From contig NC_043007.1 in the NCBI RefSeq assembly GCF_006345805.1, positions 19,220,001 to 19,284,000 of the forward strand: a stretch of DNA of 64,000 nucleotides, given 5' to 3'. Made by a program: the position numbers and the translations under genes. Under the pieces are notes generated by a model. The model saw only the letters and a program-made list of their open reading frames with translations, ran no database searches and was not told the DNA's origin. This document shows positions 23,596 through 37,770 of the stretch, piece by piece (position 1 is the first letter of the stretch; each line of letters starts with the position of its first letter). The stretch comes from Octopus sinensis. Lineage: Eukaryota.

Positions 23596-26500
23596 CGTAT
23601 GTGTTTGCCTGTGAGGGAGAGTGACGGAGGGGGAAAAGAGGTGTAGATTGTAACAGGAGAGATCGAATCGTATATATCATGTGATCGATAAATCAATGCG
23701 GTAACGGTGGAGTAAATTGGAGGAGGGCGAAGAAGGTGGTTTAAAAGTATTGTTGGGTAGAAAATGTGTAAATGTGTGTGTGTGTGTGTCTATAGATGCA
23801 TGTGTATGGAGTGGGGAAGTGGGTGGTGCCGTACCCCCAGCGCAGACGTTATAGAAGTTTCAGTATGGCCAGACAACTTAAGTATTTAACTCTTTTCTTC
23901 ATCCACCACCACCACCACCACCACCAACAACAACAACGTCACCACTACCACCGCCAACGCCGACCACACCATCATCGCCTCCACCTCCACCTCCACTTCC
24001 ACCACCACCACCACCAACATCCATTGCCAAAAACAACAACAAGCAATACTAGACGAGCCCCCACTACTACTACTACTACTACTGCTGCTGCTGCCCATGC
24101 TATTACTACTCTCACAACAGCAACAAGCGCCACCATGAAATTGCGCAGCTGGAGCGTGTGCCGTCCGGGGCAGCTCCAGAGTTTGCCTCCCCACCCTCGG
24201 GCCTGCGCTGCTTATACAAGATTATACAGGAGACCCAAAAGTGCTTCCCTCCACTCCACTCCAATAAAAGCGTCGTCCAGGGCGGAGGCGGACCGCCCCC
24301 TAGGGCCCTCCCTAGCTACACTGCAGCTACGACACATACTGCAGCAACAATAACAGCTAAAAACCACAAAACTAATTCACTTAGTACGACCACACTAGCG
24401 GTACTGTAACACCACCACCACCAACAGTAACATGACAAAACCGTAAGTACCACTAGAGTACTACTACCGCTTCCACTACATCATCAGTAACACTAGCACA
24501 ACAGTAGCATTACCCATACTGTACCACCTGAGTACTACTACAAATCTACAAACATCACTATTCCACAATACTTATTTACAATGGACAGATATGTGTCCTC
24601 ACTTTGTTTTTTGTTATCACAACGTTTCGGCTGATGTATTCTCCAGCCTTCATCAGGTGTTCTGGTGGAATTTCAAACTCAACCCTTTATTTGACTAATG
24701 GGGTACAATGTTCTCATTCCTGAGGTATGTTGCTGATGTTATTTTTCTGTTGATATCATTTTTTCAACAATAGCAGGGGCATTGTAGTATTGGAGGCAGT
24801 AAAAGGGTTCTGGTAGTTGTATAGAAGTGGTGTATCGCCTAGGTATCTCTTGCCGAGCAAATACAGTCTATGCAGACTTATACAGCAGATCCAAAAGTGT
24901 TGCGCCCATAAAAGCGTTGCTCGGGGCGGACCGAACCATTGCTGCCCCTAGCTATGCAATTGTACGTCACTAACTCCACTGAAATGTGCATGGATGTCAC
25001 AACATCTCATTGAGAAACACGACTGAATAGAAAAATATTTTATAATTGTGACAAGTTCTTTTAGGAATGGTCATGTGGTGAAAAAGTTTGCATCGTAACT
25101 ACGTGGTTTAGGGTATGATCTCACTGTGTGACATCTTGGAACAAGTATCTGCTATCATAGCCAGGCCCATCGCTAGATTTTAGTGTTTGCAGGAGCCGCA
25201 GAACATTTTGGACGGGACACTCTAATTCGCAATAATACGAAAGTAGATTTTCGGAAATACGAATCCCCGTAATTAAAAAAAAAAAAGTTTTGACGATTTC
25301 TTCGAATTTCATTTATACATCGATTAGGAATCGGTAATTTCTTTTCTCAAAATTTTCCATTTCTAAAAATTTCCATTTTTCAAAATTTCCACTTGCGGAA
25401 AACCTGAAGAATGTATTAATTTTTCCAGTGACAGCCTCAAGGGAAGACCAATGTGTGAAAAATATACTTCACTGTCAAATGTAGCTGCTAGCAAAACGAG
25501 TTGCTTAGTGAAACTAACCAATTTCTACCTCCTTCATTACACACACACACAATTTCCTGTCTCCGTTTCATAGTAGACAACGGACTGTAACTTTTTTATT
25601 CATTTACTTTTTCGAAAATTCTTTTCGAATTATGTTTTAAGCCTGGGAGACAATGACTACGCCAAAAAAAAAAAAAACCTAAAATGTTTTCCATTTGATG
25701 CCCACCACATTGGAGTGTGCAACGAGTCGTAACTTGTTAGGATTTAGAACTATTATTTATAGTCTTAAGTTTAAGGTTTTGGGTTAGGCCGAGGTTTTAC
25801 GTTTCGAATTTACGGGTCAGAATTTAGAGTTATATGAAGAAGGGTTGTACTTTTGAAAATTTTTACAGAATCGCAATCACAACCGTTTTGAGGAGAAATC
25901 GGAAGAAATTGTCGAAGAAAGAAACGAAAACCAGATGGTTCTGGTAATTCACTTGGTGTCCTACTTCTGAAATTCCATTAATTCTAAAATATTATGTTGA
26001 TGAAAATATTTGTTGATGATTTTTGTTTACGCTATTTAATCACTTCTGATATTTTAATAATATCGATATTTTAATCAATGTATGAATAATCTAGAAGGTT
26101 TGCCCTATATTTAAACCAAATGCAGTGAAAACGAATTCTAAAGTTTGTTAGGCTATTGAAAATTTGTAGACGAAATTTATAAAACAATTGTTAAATAATT
26201 TAATTAGTTTAATTAAATGAATTATATTCAATTAAAATCTGATATACGAAATTTATAAACTGATTGTAAAATGATTTAATTAGCAATTACTAACACAGTT
26301 ATTAGATAAATAAAAAAAAAAGCATTAAAATTAATTTAATTTAATTTGACTTATGTTTTATCATTTACAGATTTCAGTCATTAGACAGGGACCATGCTGG
26401 AGTACCGCCTTGAAAGAGTTTAGTCGAAAGAATCGACCCAGTATCCTTTTTTTTTTAATTCTAGCAGTCTTTTGCCGACCTGCTAAGTTACGAGCGCGTA

Positions 26501-26759
26501 AACACACCAACACCGGTTGTCAAGCGATGGTGGGGGACAAATACACACACACACAAACACATATGCAATGGGCTTCTTTCAGTTTCCTCTACTGATTTCA
26601 GTCACAAGGGTTTGGTCGGCCAGAGGCTATAGTGGAAGACACTTGCCCAAGGTGCCATGCAGTCGGAGTGAACCCACAACTATGTGGTTGGGAAGCAAAC
26701 TTCTTACCACACAGCCACGCCTGGGACAGAGATATTTAAAGAAAAACTTAGCAAGGTTT

Positions 26760-27167
26760 AGTTTACTCGTGTCACTATCTAAGTGTCTAAGTATAACAAG
26801 ATTGCTATTTTGTTAATGTGTCATAAAATGCCGATATGAGAAAGATGACTTGAAAGACGCATTCTTTGCAGCGAATGTGGAGGATGCAGCATATAATTTG
26901 TAAACTTCTGGAAAAGCAGCCTTAAATGGATATAGGGACGAACAGACATCTATTCTTTTACTCTTTTACTTGTTTCAGTCATTTGACTGTGGCCATGCTA
27001 GAGCACCGCCTTTAGTAGAATCAAATGGACCCCAGGACTTATTCTTTGTAAGCCTAGTACTTATTCTATCGGTTTCTTTTGCCGAACCGCTAAGTTACGG
27101 GGACCTAAACACACCAGCATTGGTTGTCAAGCGATGTTGGGAGGACAAACACAGATATATAACATAT

Positions 27168-27198
<31 letters not shown>

Positions 27199-28030
27199 CA
27201 TATATATAGCCCGAGGCTATAGTAGAAGACACTTGCCCAAGATGTCACACAGTGGGACTGAACCCGGAACCATGTGGTTGGTAAGCAAGCTACTTACCAC
27301 ACAGCGACTCTTACGTCTACAACTTCTTAGAAGGAATGTTTTCTAAAATGTAAAGTTTGGCAATGAATAACTCGTAGTAAAACGAACTGTCCAAGTTGTT
27401 TATGTTTACGAGTTCAGAAATAGGAAATAAATTTGAAACTTCTAAAAATTCTTCTGGCTCGACAGACAAAGCCTCTACAGCAGCAAATATCGTTGTGCTG
27501 TGTTCATTAAAGCGACATCAGAGTTCTTCTATGCCGTTATGAAAAATATTATTGTAAATACGATTAAAAAGTACGTATTTGTTGTCGGAGTCTCTATGAA
27601 TAGGCGTTGATATTAATCCATTTTGACAAAGCATTGAACCAGTTAGAAAATCCCTCAACTTGAAACGATTGTCAAGATTCTGGGATGTACAAAAACGACG
27701 CCAGCAATAACAGAAAGCAGTCTTAGACTGAACTGAGAATTCTAACCAAAGTCAGCCACTGAACCACGAAGCACAGAAGTCTCGTTTTTCTCTATTTACT
27801 GCATTCTTCAGGATGATGCATTGTTAATTCTCGTTGACATGGCATCATATCTAATCCATACAAATCAAGTTTGGGAGAAATATCAAGTTGTGTTGGTTCC
27901 ACGACATCAGCTGCTAAAGGAGTTGAAGTTTGTGGAACCGTTGCAGATTCGGTTGATTGTGGCCGAGCTGAATTAGAAGAAATCTCTTCGGTCTTGTGAT
28001 TCGGACAAATTTTGGAATTTCTAACCAAAA
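26760..28030 (-). pseudogene. Decayed hAT-type transposase C-terminus, split by a SINE (~26955-27310)
   Basis: Manual translation gives ...IYNNIFHNGIEEL*CRFNEHSTTIFAAVEAL..., then LYPFKAAFPEVYKLYAA...SFS...MTH*QNSNLVIL, which resembles the hAT dimerisation domain. Stops and indels are present. Confidence 0.62.
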
Positions 28031-28715
28031 ATAGAGAAAATGGTTCTTTGTTGTTTCAGTGTTTTCTAAATTCAAATTAATTACAGTTTTTTTTTTAGTT
28101 CAAATAAAATGAAATAAAAATGCTTTAAAGGAAAGCCAATAATTAAAAATGGTTTTCTCAGAAGCCGAAACGGTCCTTTCTGAATCTATATTTGTCTGTG
28201 AGTTGTTGCACGATTTTTGATCAAAGGGATATTTTTATTATTCAATTTGTGAAGTCAAAATTTCCACTTGCGGAAAATCTGAAGAATGTATTAATTTTTC
28301 CAGTGGCAGCCTCAAGGGAAAACCAATGTGTGAAAGATATACTTCAATGTCAAACGAGTTGCTTAGTGAAAGTAACCAATTTCTGTCTCCCTCATTACAC
28401 ACACTCTCATACAAGTGTGGAACATTTACATTCAGTACTCGGAGTTTCCCGACATCAGCGGATGTGATTTCATCCGATTTCCAGTCGGTGATCAACACAC
28501 GTGCTACCGTTCGCCAGTTCTCGAGTGAGGAAATCGGATAAACTCATACCCGATGCTGCTGGCAAACTCCGAGTACTGTATGTGAGTGTTCTCTGCTTGT
28601 AGTTTGTATTATATATAGTCCTCTATTTCAGTGATAACAAGGTCTCCTTCTTCCGTAGTTATAGACATCATCATTCAGCTCATACGCTTCATTAACGCTC
28701 CTTCTCGTTTTATGT

Positions 28716-28748
<33 letters not shown>

Positions 28749-29346
28749 GCGGCGAGCTGGCAGAAACGTTAGCACGACGGGCAAAATGCTTAGCGGTATT
28801 TCGTCTGCCGTTACGTTCTGAGTTCAAATTCCGCCGAGGTCGACTTTGCCTTTCATCCTTTCGGGGTCGATAAATTAAGTACCAGTTACGCACTGGGGTC
28901 GATATAATCAACTTAATCCGTTTGTCTGTCCTTGTTTGTCCTCTCTGTGTTTAGCCCCTTGTGGGTAGTAAAGAAATAGGTATTTCGTCTGCCGCTACGT
29001 TCTGAGTTCAAATTCCGCCGAGGTCGACTTTGCCTTTCATCCTTTCGGGGTCGATAAATTAAATACCAGTTACGCACTGGGGTCGATATAATCAACTTAA
29101 TCCGTTTGTCTGCCCTTGTTTGTCCCCGCTGTGTGTAGCCCCTTCTGGGCAGTAAAGAAATAGGTATTTCGTCTGCAGGTACGTTCTGAGTTCAAATTCC
29201 GCCGAGGTCGACTTTGTCTTTCATCCTTTCGGGGTCGATAAATTAAGTACCAGTTTCGCACTGGGGTCGATGTCATCGACTGAATCCCTTTGTCTGTCCT
29301 TGTTTGTCCCTTCTATGTTTAGCCCCTTGTGGGTAGTAAAGAAATA
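28749..29346 (+). mobile_element. SINE family B, long-tail variant, as a head-to-tail trimer (184-bp period)
   Basis: Head gcggcgagctggcagaaacgttagc...gagttcaaattcc; tatttcgtctgc recurs at 28797, 28981, 29165. Family B copies are abundant across the window. Confidence 0.88.
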
Positions 29347-32300
29347 ACACACGCACACATATATACATATATATATATATGTAGGATGTCCATGTTTTCG
29401 CTCAGTAAAAGATTATTGTCTCCAGTATTTTCCCTAAGACTTTAGCTGACCCCCCCTTCTCCACCACCCTCGTCATCGATATCAATATATTGGCGTTTGT
29501 GACGATGATGGTAAAGAAGAGCAATGCCAGCTACAGTCCCCAGGGGGAGGGGGAAATGGAGACTTTAATCTTGTACAGAACGAAAATAAAAACAACATAT
29601 TGTGTATGTGTGTGTAAACATATTTACATTTCATCAGTACTACTCCTAATTTATTGCTGTTGTTGCTATTGTTCCAATTATTTGTTGCTGTGGATACTGT
29701 TTTTTGCTTTCATTCAGTATAATTTCCTTCGGTTTTCTATTATCTCCCGAAGGAATTTTTTGACCAACCTTTTTGGTTCATTTTTTTTTTTTGCTTCAAA
29801 ATTAATTACCTATTTCTTTACTACCCACAAGGGGCTAAACATAGAGGGGAGAAACAAGGACAGAAAAACGGATTAAGTTGATTACATCGACCTCAGTGCG
29901 TAACTAGTACTTAATTTATCGACCCCGAAAGGATGAAAGGCAAAGCCGACCTCGGCGGAATTTGAACTCACAACGTAACTGCAGACGAAATACCGCTAAG
30001 CATTTCGCCCGGCGTGCTAGCGTTTCTGCCAGCTCGCCGCCTTTTCAAAATCAATTACCGTTCTTGGTGCTGGTTTGAGAAGAAAAGTTAAGAGAATGAA
30101 GTCTTCAAAAGGTTTATTCCAGGAAGTAGTTTTTATTAACTGTACTTTCTCAATCCGAGGGGCATCATTGAAAAGTAGAGAGTAGGGTTAGGGTTAGGGT
30201 TAGGGTGGGACGTAATGGCATCCAGAGTCTCCACCTCATTTTGGCAACGGGTCCAATCATAGCTTCGAGTCTCACCTAAACTTTTCCTTCCGTTCTGTAC
30301 TCTACATGAGCCGTTCTTCAGCAGGTCCGGTCACTTGGCAACATATTGTCTTTCTTTTGTATGAGAAGAGGATGTTAGCGAAGGGTATATTGGATAATAT
30401 AATCTAAGATAAACTATAATTTCTGAAAAGGTGGGATAACCATGGCAAGAATGTCTTAAGGTGATAATCTGCTCGATCAGGGTTAACGTGAAACTAAACG
30501 ACAATAGTATGTGTGGCGAATTGGTTCCGGACCCCTGAGAGGAATTTTATCGGAAGGAACAAAGTTTCTTCCAGATGACGAATGGGTGTGGAAAAACGGA
30601 TGTTAAATGAAGACGACGATGATGATGATGATGATTTGCAAATTTATATTAATGAAAGTTTTGACCAATCAGTAAAATTAGAGATAAAAGGATATTTGCA
30701 GTGCAACCGTCTCCAATACTTTAATTGATATTATATTCTGAACGAACTGTTGTCCAATTAATTAGGTGCTCGTGTTAATGGTTTGAAATATTTTCATCAA
30801 AAAACCAGTGTAAAACTGAAATACTGATGAAATTTAATTCCAAATTATTATTAGAAGTGGCAGGAGTGGCTGTGTGGTAAGTAGCTTGTTTACCAACCAC
30901 ATGGTTCTGGGTTCAGTCCCACTGCGTGGCATCTTGGGCAAGTGTCTTCTGCTATAGCCTCGGGCCGACCAATGCCTTGTGAGTGGATTTGGTAGACGGA
31001 AACTGAGAGAAGCCTGTCGTATATATGTATATATATATGTATGTGTGTGTATGTATATGTTTGTGTGTCTGTGTTTGTCCCTCTAGCATTGCTTGACAAC
31101 CGATGCTGGTGTGTTTACGTCCCCGTAACTTAGCGGTTCGGCAAAAGAGACCGATAGAATAAGTACTGGGTTTACAAAGAATAAGTCCCGGGGTCGATTT
31201 TCTCGACTAAAGGCGGTGCTCCAGCATGGCCGCAGTCAAACGATCGAAACAAGTAAAAGAGTAAAAGAGAGAGAGAAGAGTATATAAAATATCTTAATAA
31301 TTCTCAGTATCATAACGGCGTTCACATATCTTTTATCTTTTACTGGTTCCAGTCATTGGATTGCGTCCATGCTTGAGTATCGCTTTGAGGAATTTTTAGT
31401 CGAATGAATCGACCTCAGGACTTACTTTTTTGAAGCCTGGTGCTTATTCTATCGGTCTCTTTTACCGAATTGCTAAGTTACGAGAAGGTAAGCCTCAAGA
31501 CTGGTTGTCAAGCGGTAGTGGGGGACAAAGACACACACACAATGGACTTTTTTTTAGTTACCGTTTACCAAATCCACCCAGAAGGCTTAGTTTGGCCCAA
31601 GGCTACAGTAGACGACATTTACCCAAGGTCCCACAAAGTAAGACTAAACTCGGAACCACGTGATTGGGAAGCAAACTTTTTACCACACAGCTACGCCCGC
31701 GCCTATAAAGAATGACCGAATTCCACGCTTAAAGCACCGGTGGGCAGGTAATAGTGGTACTGCTTGGTAAATGTTTGCCTCAAGAGATTGTTTTCACCAG
31801 TAGAGGTATCGTGACAGGTGTTTGTTAATAAATTTATATTAGTGCTAACACGCTATCTTAAAGAAAGCGGGATGATCTAACATTTTTTAAACACTATATC
31901 TAAGACGGTAAAGTGTGAAGTGAGATATATTAAAGCTGCTATTTCTTGCTTATCGTGCAGCCATGTAGAAACTCTTTGGTATATTAAACTGAATAGGAAA
32001 TTGTTGGCAGCAGTTGCGGAGGGGTAAAAAAAGTAAGAAATATTTTTTTACATATATTTTTTATTTTTAATTTATTTGTTTCAGCCATTGGACAGTAGCC
32101 ATGCCGAGGGAACTGCACTGAAGGGTTTAGTCGAACAAATCGACTCCAATATTAGATTTTAAAATCTGATACTTATTCACGTTGGCTCTTGTGCTGAACT
32201 ACCAAGTTGCAGGGATATAAACAAACTAATACCGGCTGTCAAGCTAAAGAGGGAACAAACACAAACACGAAAACACACATACAAAGCATTGGTAGGTTCG

Positions 32301-33881
32301 AGGCGACAGTAGACGACACTTGTTTAAGGAACGTGCCGCAGAGTGGCTCATGATTGAAAAGCTTACACGTTTCAACGACTCCAAATTCATTCATTTATAC
32401 AACAAGTAAATGGTCAAAATACAATGGAAACTCACAAAAATTCTGGAAATCCGAACCCCAATTTCCAAATTGAGTGACAGAAATAAGGGGGACATCAAAG
32501 CACTTTATGTTAAATGCATAATGTTGAAATACGAGCTCACTAAAACCAATTTAATAAAGCATGTTTCTTCAGTTAAGCATAAAAATATTCTGTAATAAAC
32601 TCAACTTCCTAATAGGTTATCAAAGCTGTTGTTTTCCGGTCGTAAAATAACGAAAATTAGAAGCGGGGTTAGCAGCGGTTGTAGCATATCCTGCGTCGAT
32701 CCTTTAAGAGAAATTACCAATACAGGAACCATTTTATCATCAGTTGCAGCTCATTTGAAACCACAGAACAAACTACGAGCAACAAATGTTATTGTTTCGT
32801 TCTTTACGGAGAGAACAAATTTAAGAGATAAAGTAAGAAGGAGCTCTCGTTGGTTTTGAACGAGTCAACTACTATTGATTTCGAATTTTGGCACAAGGCC
32901 AGCAATTTCGGAGGAAGGGGGTTAGTTGATTGTTATTTCTTTATTGCCCACATGGGGCGAAACGTAGAGGGGACAAACAAGGACAGACGAACGGATTAAG
33001 TCGATTATATCGACCCCAGTGCGTAACTGGTACTTAATTTATCGACCCCGAAAGGATGAAAGGCAAAGTCGACCTCGGCGGAATTTGAACTCAGAACGTA
33101 ACGGCAGACGAAATACGGCTACGCATTTCGCCCGGCGTGCTAACGTTTCTGCCAGCTCGAGTCGAATAAAATTGTTGGGGGTAAGTTTGTGTGTGTGTAT
33201 GTGTTAAGTAGGCAAATGTTTTGTGCAGTGGTTCTTCATCAGAGCGAAAACATAGGAACGTGTTCGAAGTTCATCGCCCGAAGCACACAAGATTCACTGA
33301 TAAACATTACAAAGGTGTTGATACATCCTGCTACAGCGGCGTATTGCAGGCAACTGATGCATAACTCCAAAGAAAAGTGGGGCGATAATGGGGTAGTGAT
33401 TCATGTAAAACAACAAAACAATGGGTTTCTTTAGGTTAAGTTTTATTTGTGAAATACAGTTGCTTTGGATTTGCTTCAGAAAGGGGTATATGTTTGTGAT
33501 GGTTAGTGGGGGTGGGGGCACTAGGAATGTGTTCTGAGTGTCAAGGGGGCAGCAGCCCGAAAAAGTTTAGGAACCACTGATCTAAACCCTTCAAGACGGC
33601 GCTCCTGCATGGCTGCGGTCCAATGAGTGACACAAGTAAAAGATACAAAATATCTCGTCAGTCCAAATAATCGAATGTGTCCTTGCAGGTGTGGCTTAAG
33701 GGAGATTTGGCTATTGTTTCTGGCAGGCCGATGACCTTTCGTTAGCTCATAGGTGTGTGGATATGTGTGTGTGGTTGATTTTATTAGTGACAAACACAAC
33801 AGACTGGAATAAAATCGAAGCCAACGTTCTCTCATACATTACTGTGACATCCTCTTCACTTCCTCAGTGGTTATCACTCAG

Positions 33882-34260
33882 TGGAGGCGCAATGGCCCAG
33901 TGGTTAGGGCAGCGGACTCGCGGTCATAGGATCGCGATTTCGATTCCCAGACCGGGCGTTGTGAGTGTTTATTGAGCGAAAACACCTAAAGCTCCACGAG
34001 GCTCCGGCAGGGGATGGTGGTGATCCCTGCTGTACTCTTTCACCACAACTTTCTCTCACTCTTACTTCCTGTTTCTGTTGTACCTGTATTTCAAGGGGCC
34101 GGCCTTGTCACTCTCTGTGTCACGCTGAATATCCCCGAGAACTACGTTAAGAGTGCACGTGTCTGTGGAGTGCTCAGCCACTTACACGTTAATTTCACGA
34201 GCAGGCTGTTCCGTTGATTCGGATCAACCGGAACCCTCGTCGTCGTAACCGACGGAGTGC
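33882..34260 (+). mobile_element. tRNA-derived SINE family D; representative copy
   Basis: tRNA-like head ggaggcgcaatggcccagtggttagg...ttcgattccc with no acceptor stem. Relatives near 3134-3450 (-), 21036-21890 (-, split) and 59591-59912 (+). Confidence 0.75.
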
Positions 34261-36727
34261 TTCCTAGGTTATCACTCACGCAGTCTATTATGAATTACTC
34301 GTTTCAATCAATGGACTGCGGCCATGCTGCAGCAACGCTTTTGACGGGCGTAGTCGAACAAATCAACTTCATTGCTAAGTTTAAACAAAAAAAAAATCTT
34401 GTACACATTCTATCGATATCTTTTGTCGAACCGCAAAGTTGCGGGGGACATAAACAAACCAGCACCAGTTGTCAAGCAGTGCGAGTGAGGGACAAATAGA
34501 CACAAACATATAAAAATATATGGCGTTCTTTCGATATTGAGCAATCTTTCGGTACAAGTACCATAACTGCCAATTACTGTTTGTTTACATTTGAAAAAGA
34601 AGATCGTCACTTTCCGTAAAGTGTTTTTTTATATATGTGGGGTTAGGGTTAGGGTTAGGAGTGGGGGAAGGCTTTCCTTTTTCTTCAGAAATGTAACTAA
34701 ACCCATGTGGGTTTATAATTGGCAGTTATGTTACTTGTACCGAAAGATCGCCATTTATGTGATGATGGAAGGTTGTGTACTAATATACAAAGGAAAGCCA
34801 AAGTATACATACACGACGGTCTTAGCCCACAAATTCCATCAACAAAATCGATTCATAATGCACTGGTTGACCCGAGCCTATCGTAGAAGACACTTAGCCA
34901 AAGTGACGCGCGGTGGCACTGAATCCGAAACGGCGTTGTTGTTAAGTGAGCTTTTTAACCACAGTCATAGCTACGCCGATATAGTTGAGGATTCATCCTC
35001 GCCCAACGCCCAAGCATTTTCATGACATTTACACCAAGACCAATCGATTCATAATGCACTGGTTTCCAGTAAAACGAAGTCAGTGGATGTTAATGTCCCC
35101 TCACCTCAACTTTGCACAGATTTATATTTTTTATCAAAGCCATTTGTGTCATCGTTTCTTTTTCGGGAGTTGTGAAACCTGGATTACAATAGAAAAACTC
35201 TCTTTTTCCGAAGCTGGAAGGGTGTGACTCTAAGACAAAATTTGGCTGCTATTTTTTGTATTTTGCAAGTCGAGTTACACCGTAGAGCAGAATTTTTCGA
35301 AGTTCTTTGTCGCGACTCATTTTATTTATCTCGCGATCCACCGAAGGGTCAAGACCCACAGTTTGAAAAACCATGGTTTATATTCGGCACTTTGACCCCA
35401 TTTGCGTTTTTTTCCTTCTTTTCTTGTCGCGACTCATTTTATTTATTTCGCGACCCACTGAAGGGTCGGGACCCAAAAAACGCTGCCGTAGAGGTTCTCT
35501 CGTTGGACTGATCAGAGATGAGAGTTGTTTCAAGCAGTCGCCCTTCATCGAATCGAAGAAATTAGAGCAGTTTTGGAAATTAGAGTCGTTTTAAATGCAC
35601 AAGATTCGCGTTTAATTATTAGAAAAGCACTGATATAGGCGCAGGCGCAGGCGTGGCTCTGTGGTAAAGAGTTTGCTTCCCAAATCACATGGTTCCGGGT
35701 TCAATCCCATTGCGCCTGCATAGAACTTTGGGCAAGTGTTTTCTGCTATAACCTTGAGCTGACCAAAACCTTGTAGACAGAAAATGTAAGAAGTGCGTCG
35801 TGATATTTGTGTGTGTGTGTGTGTGTGGGTGTGTGTGCGTGTGTGTGTGTTTCTCTCCCACCACCGCTTGACAACCGGTGCTGGTATGTTTACGTTCCCG
35901 TAACTTAGTGATTCAGCAAAAGAGACTCACAGAATTAGTACCAGGCTTTAATAAGTAAATAAGTTTTTGGGTCGATTCATTCGACTAAAAACTCTTCAGG
36001 GTAGTGCTCCAGCATGGCCGCAGTCAAATGACTGAGATAAGTTAACGAAAACATAAAAACTACATCCTGCCATAAAGGTGTGAAGCTGAGGTGAACCCCA
36101 GATGCACAAGAATTACCAGAACAGGAACGAATTTTCGCATCCCCTGCCCCGCCACTGCGTCCAGGTAACGATTGTAATCGCGTACTAGCGAATTCCGATC
36201 GTGTAGTAAAGGACACTCGAGAAATATAAGTAAATCACTCCGTCCACAGACCTGCCACATGAATCAAGGAACAAGTCAAGTGCGGGTCGCCAACTCGGAA
36301 AAGCGTGCAACCTTGCCCCAAGTATTTCAACACACCTAACTGCCGTTCAAGAATTTGAACCTGGAGATCTCCATTTCCAGCGACTTTGAGGACCACCTCC
36401 CAGTGGTGTTGGGCGTCAACGAAGAGCCCTCGACTACAAGACGATCAAAGTTTTTCTTTTTTTTTCTTCCAAGGTCTGGGGTCTCCCACCCCTAAGCACT
36501 AGACCATCACCTAATCACCCTTACCCGTCTTGTTGCTTAACAACAACAACAACACACCTAACTCAAGAAATGAAAGCACATATATTCGTATCGTTCACAG
36601 GGTTTAGTTAACTCAAAGGTTAACAAAGCCCAACCGAAATGGGTAAGTTTGGCGATGGCCCTTTTATGACAGGAGCATATTTTCGGATTTGACAGACATG
36701 ACAGGTCGAGCTTCCATGGCTTCTCTA

Positions 36728-36774
<47 letters not shown>

Positions 36775-37399
36775 GAAAGAGAGAGAGAGAGAGAGATGCA
36801 AAAATAAAGTGTGGAACAGTGTTTCTTAACCAGGGTCCTTGTGGTCGCTGGGGGTTCATGTAAGGGGGCCACGCAAGCGAAATAGTAAATTGAAGATCCA
36901 CAGTTGTAGTTTAGGGGCCCATGAAAAAAGAATGCGAGTTGGGTTTCTTTCTCTGACAATTTACATAGGTCAACTTACACGAGTTAATGTGTGAAAAGCA
37001 AAATAGGGATTTTGAAAAACGTGTCCATAAAACTAGTTTTTAAACATCGAATGACTATGGGGTTTCACTAGAATAAAACAGTAATCAAAAGGGATCCAGA
37101 GGTAAACAAAAACTAAATGAATAAATAAAAGAGGTTGAAAGAACCAACGGATAGAATAACAAAAGCCGAATGAAACATCAAACGAATTTGCTGAATAAAT
37201 TATTTGGATTAGAAGAAGGCAAAGAAGGAAAATACTACAGGAGACCCTAGGCAATAACAATTTAGAGATGAATTAATTCAAACACGCAACGTTCTTAATC
37301 ACACACACACACACACAGCTTTCCTTGCATTTGAAAAGAACGACAATAAATCATATTTATTATTCATAACCCACGTTGTATTGATACTCTGATAATTAT

Positions 37400-37453
37400 C
37401 TCTCTATCTATTTATCTCTCTATCTACCTATCTATCAATCTATCTATTTATCC

Positions 37454-37517
<64 letters not shown>

Positions 37518-37518
37518 G

Positions 37519-37582
<64 letters not shown>

Positions 37583-37770
37583 CCTATCTATATTTACACA
37601 TACATAAACACATTACTATATCTTTGCATATACACACATGTAGTGTGCGTGCACGTATGTATGTATGAAACAATATGTATGTGTGTATGTATGTATGTAT
37701 GTATGTATGTATGTATGTATGTATGTATGTATGTGTGGATGTATGGATGGATGCATGCATGCATGCATGT
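37400..37770. repeat. (TATC)n then (TATG)n microsatellites
   Basis: Direct read. Confidence 0.95.

Noticed and set aside
23796-24353. 185-aa His/Gln/Thr-rich ORF
   Set aside because: Built from CAC/CAA/ACT trinucleotide runs plus a transposon end; no domain or exon structure.
33226-33579. hAT/Charlie-like MITE (cagtggttc...gaaccactg)
   Set aside because: The TIR is short and the 8-bp flanks do not match (gttttgtg versus atctaaac), so the boundaries are not supported.
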